From Tubulanus polymorphus (Eukaryota; Animalia; Nemertea), in NCBI RefSeq assembly GCF_964204645.1, contig NC_134031.1, forward strand, positions 16,913,807-16,977,806: a stretch of DNA of 64,000 bases. Direction: 5' to 3'. The notes beneath the pieces were generated by a model. That model searched no databases and was not told the DNA's origin. It saw only the letters and a program-made list of their open reading frames with translations. The position numbers were made by a program, and so were the translations under genes. Within the stretch, counting starts at the first letter, position 1. Each line of letters opens with the position of its first letter. Positions 63,520 to 64,000 of this stretch are shown one piece after another.

Positions 63520-63836
63520 AACCGTCATTACACATTTAAGCATTTTTAGCCCGTACCAAATTTGGCCCGGCAAAACTGTTCACACGGGTGCCAAATGGGC
63601 CCAAGCCTGTGTGGCTACAACGTCGGACCAGACCCGAGCCGAATTTTAGCTTGGGACAAATGATTGCGTTTAAAAAACTACAACTGGTACCAACGTTGTT
63701 TAATAAAAGCATTGTTAAGTATCGAGTGAGCGATTTACGTGTGAGCGCGCTCTCTAATTAAGCACAGGCCAAATATGATCAAGCCTGATCCGCGCCAATT
63801 TGGCCCGGGCCAAATCATCCCCACGTAATCGCGGCT
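63520..63836. mobile_element. Family D copy
   Basis: AACTGTTCACACGGGTGCCAAATGGGCC and TTTGGCCCGGGCCAAATCATC...AATCGCGGCT end. Confidence 0.7.
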
Positions 63837-64000
63837 ATAAACAGTAACAACATAACGGCCTCAGTTTAATAGGAAATAAATCGGGATTCGGTATTTTTCG
63901 AAGACGCGCGATTAATGGCATTCGTTCCGAACGAGCTCGTCGAAAACATTCGCCGACTTTAATAACGGCGCAACATCGTTCTCTACGATAACATAAATCT

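Overview
Intron-rich, AT-rich animal genomic DNA from an invertebrate. A spiralian origin is plausible but cannot be proven from this window. Five spliced protein-coding genes were reconstructed by hand: SURF2 (minus strand, 6 exons) head-to-head with AXDND1 (plus strand, more than 20 exons including a micro-exon cluster); a 124-aa secreted neuropeptide precursor ending in a single 33-aa RFamide with QRFP/26RFa-like features; STEEP1/CXorf56 with a GC-AG intron; and a 5'-incomplete NOS1AP/CAPON (minus strand) with a 23.5-kb intron and a terminal exon resembling C1orf226. The AXDND1-to-neuropeptide interval holds three Penelope-type minimal hammerhead ribozyme loci, one being an inverted-repeat insertion with a 14-bp target-site duplication. 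Introns carry many MITEs, two tRNA-derived fragments and two minisatellites. The best candidate for an undescribed system is the QRFP-like neuropeptide gene, whose neighbours map in human to the 9q34/1q23-25 paralogon that also contains QRFP. All homology calls rest on recalled protein sequences, not on database searches.
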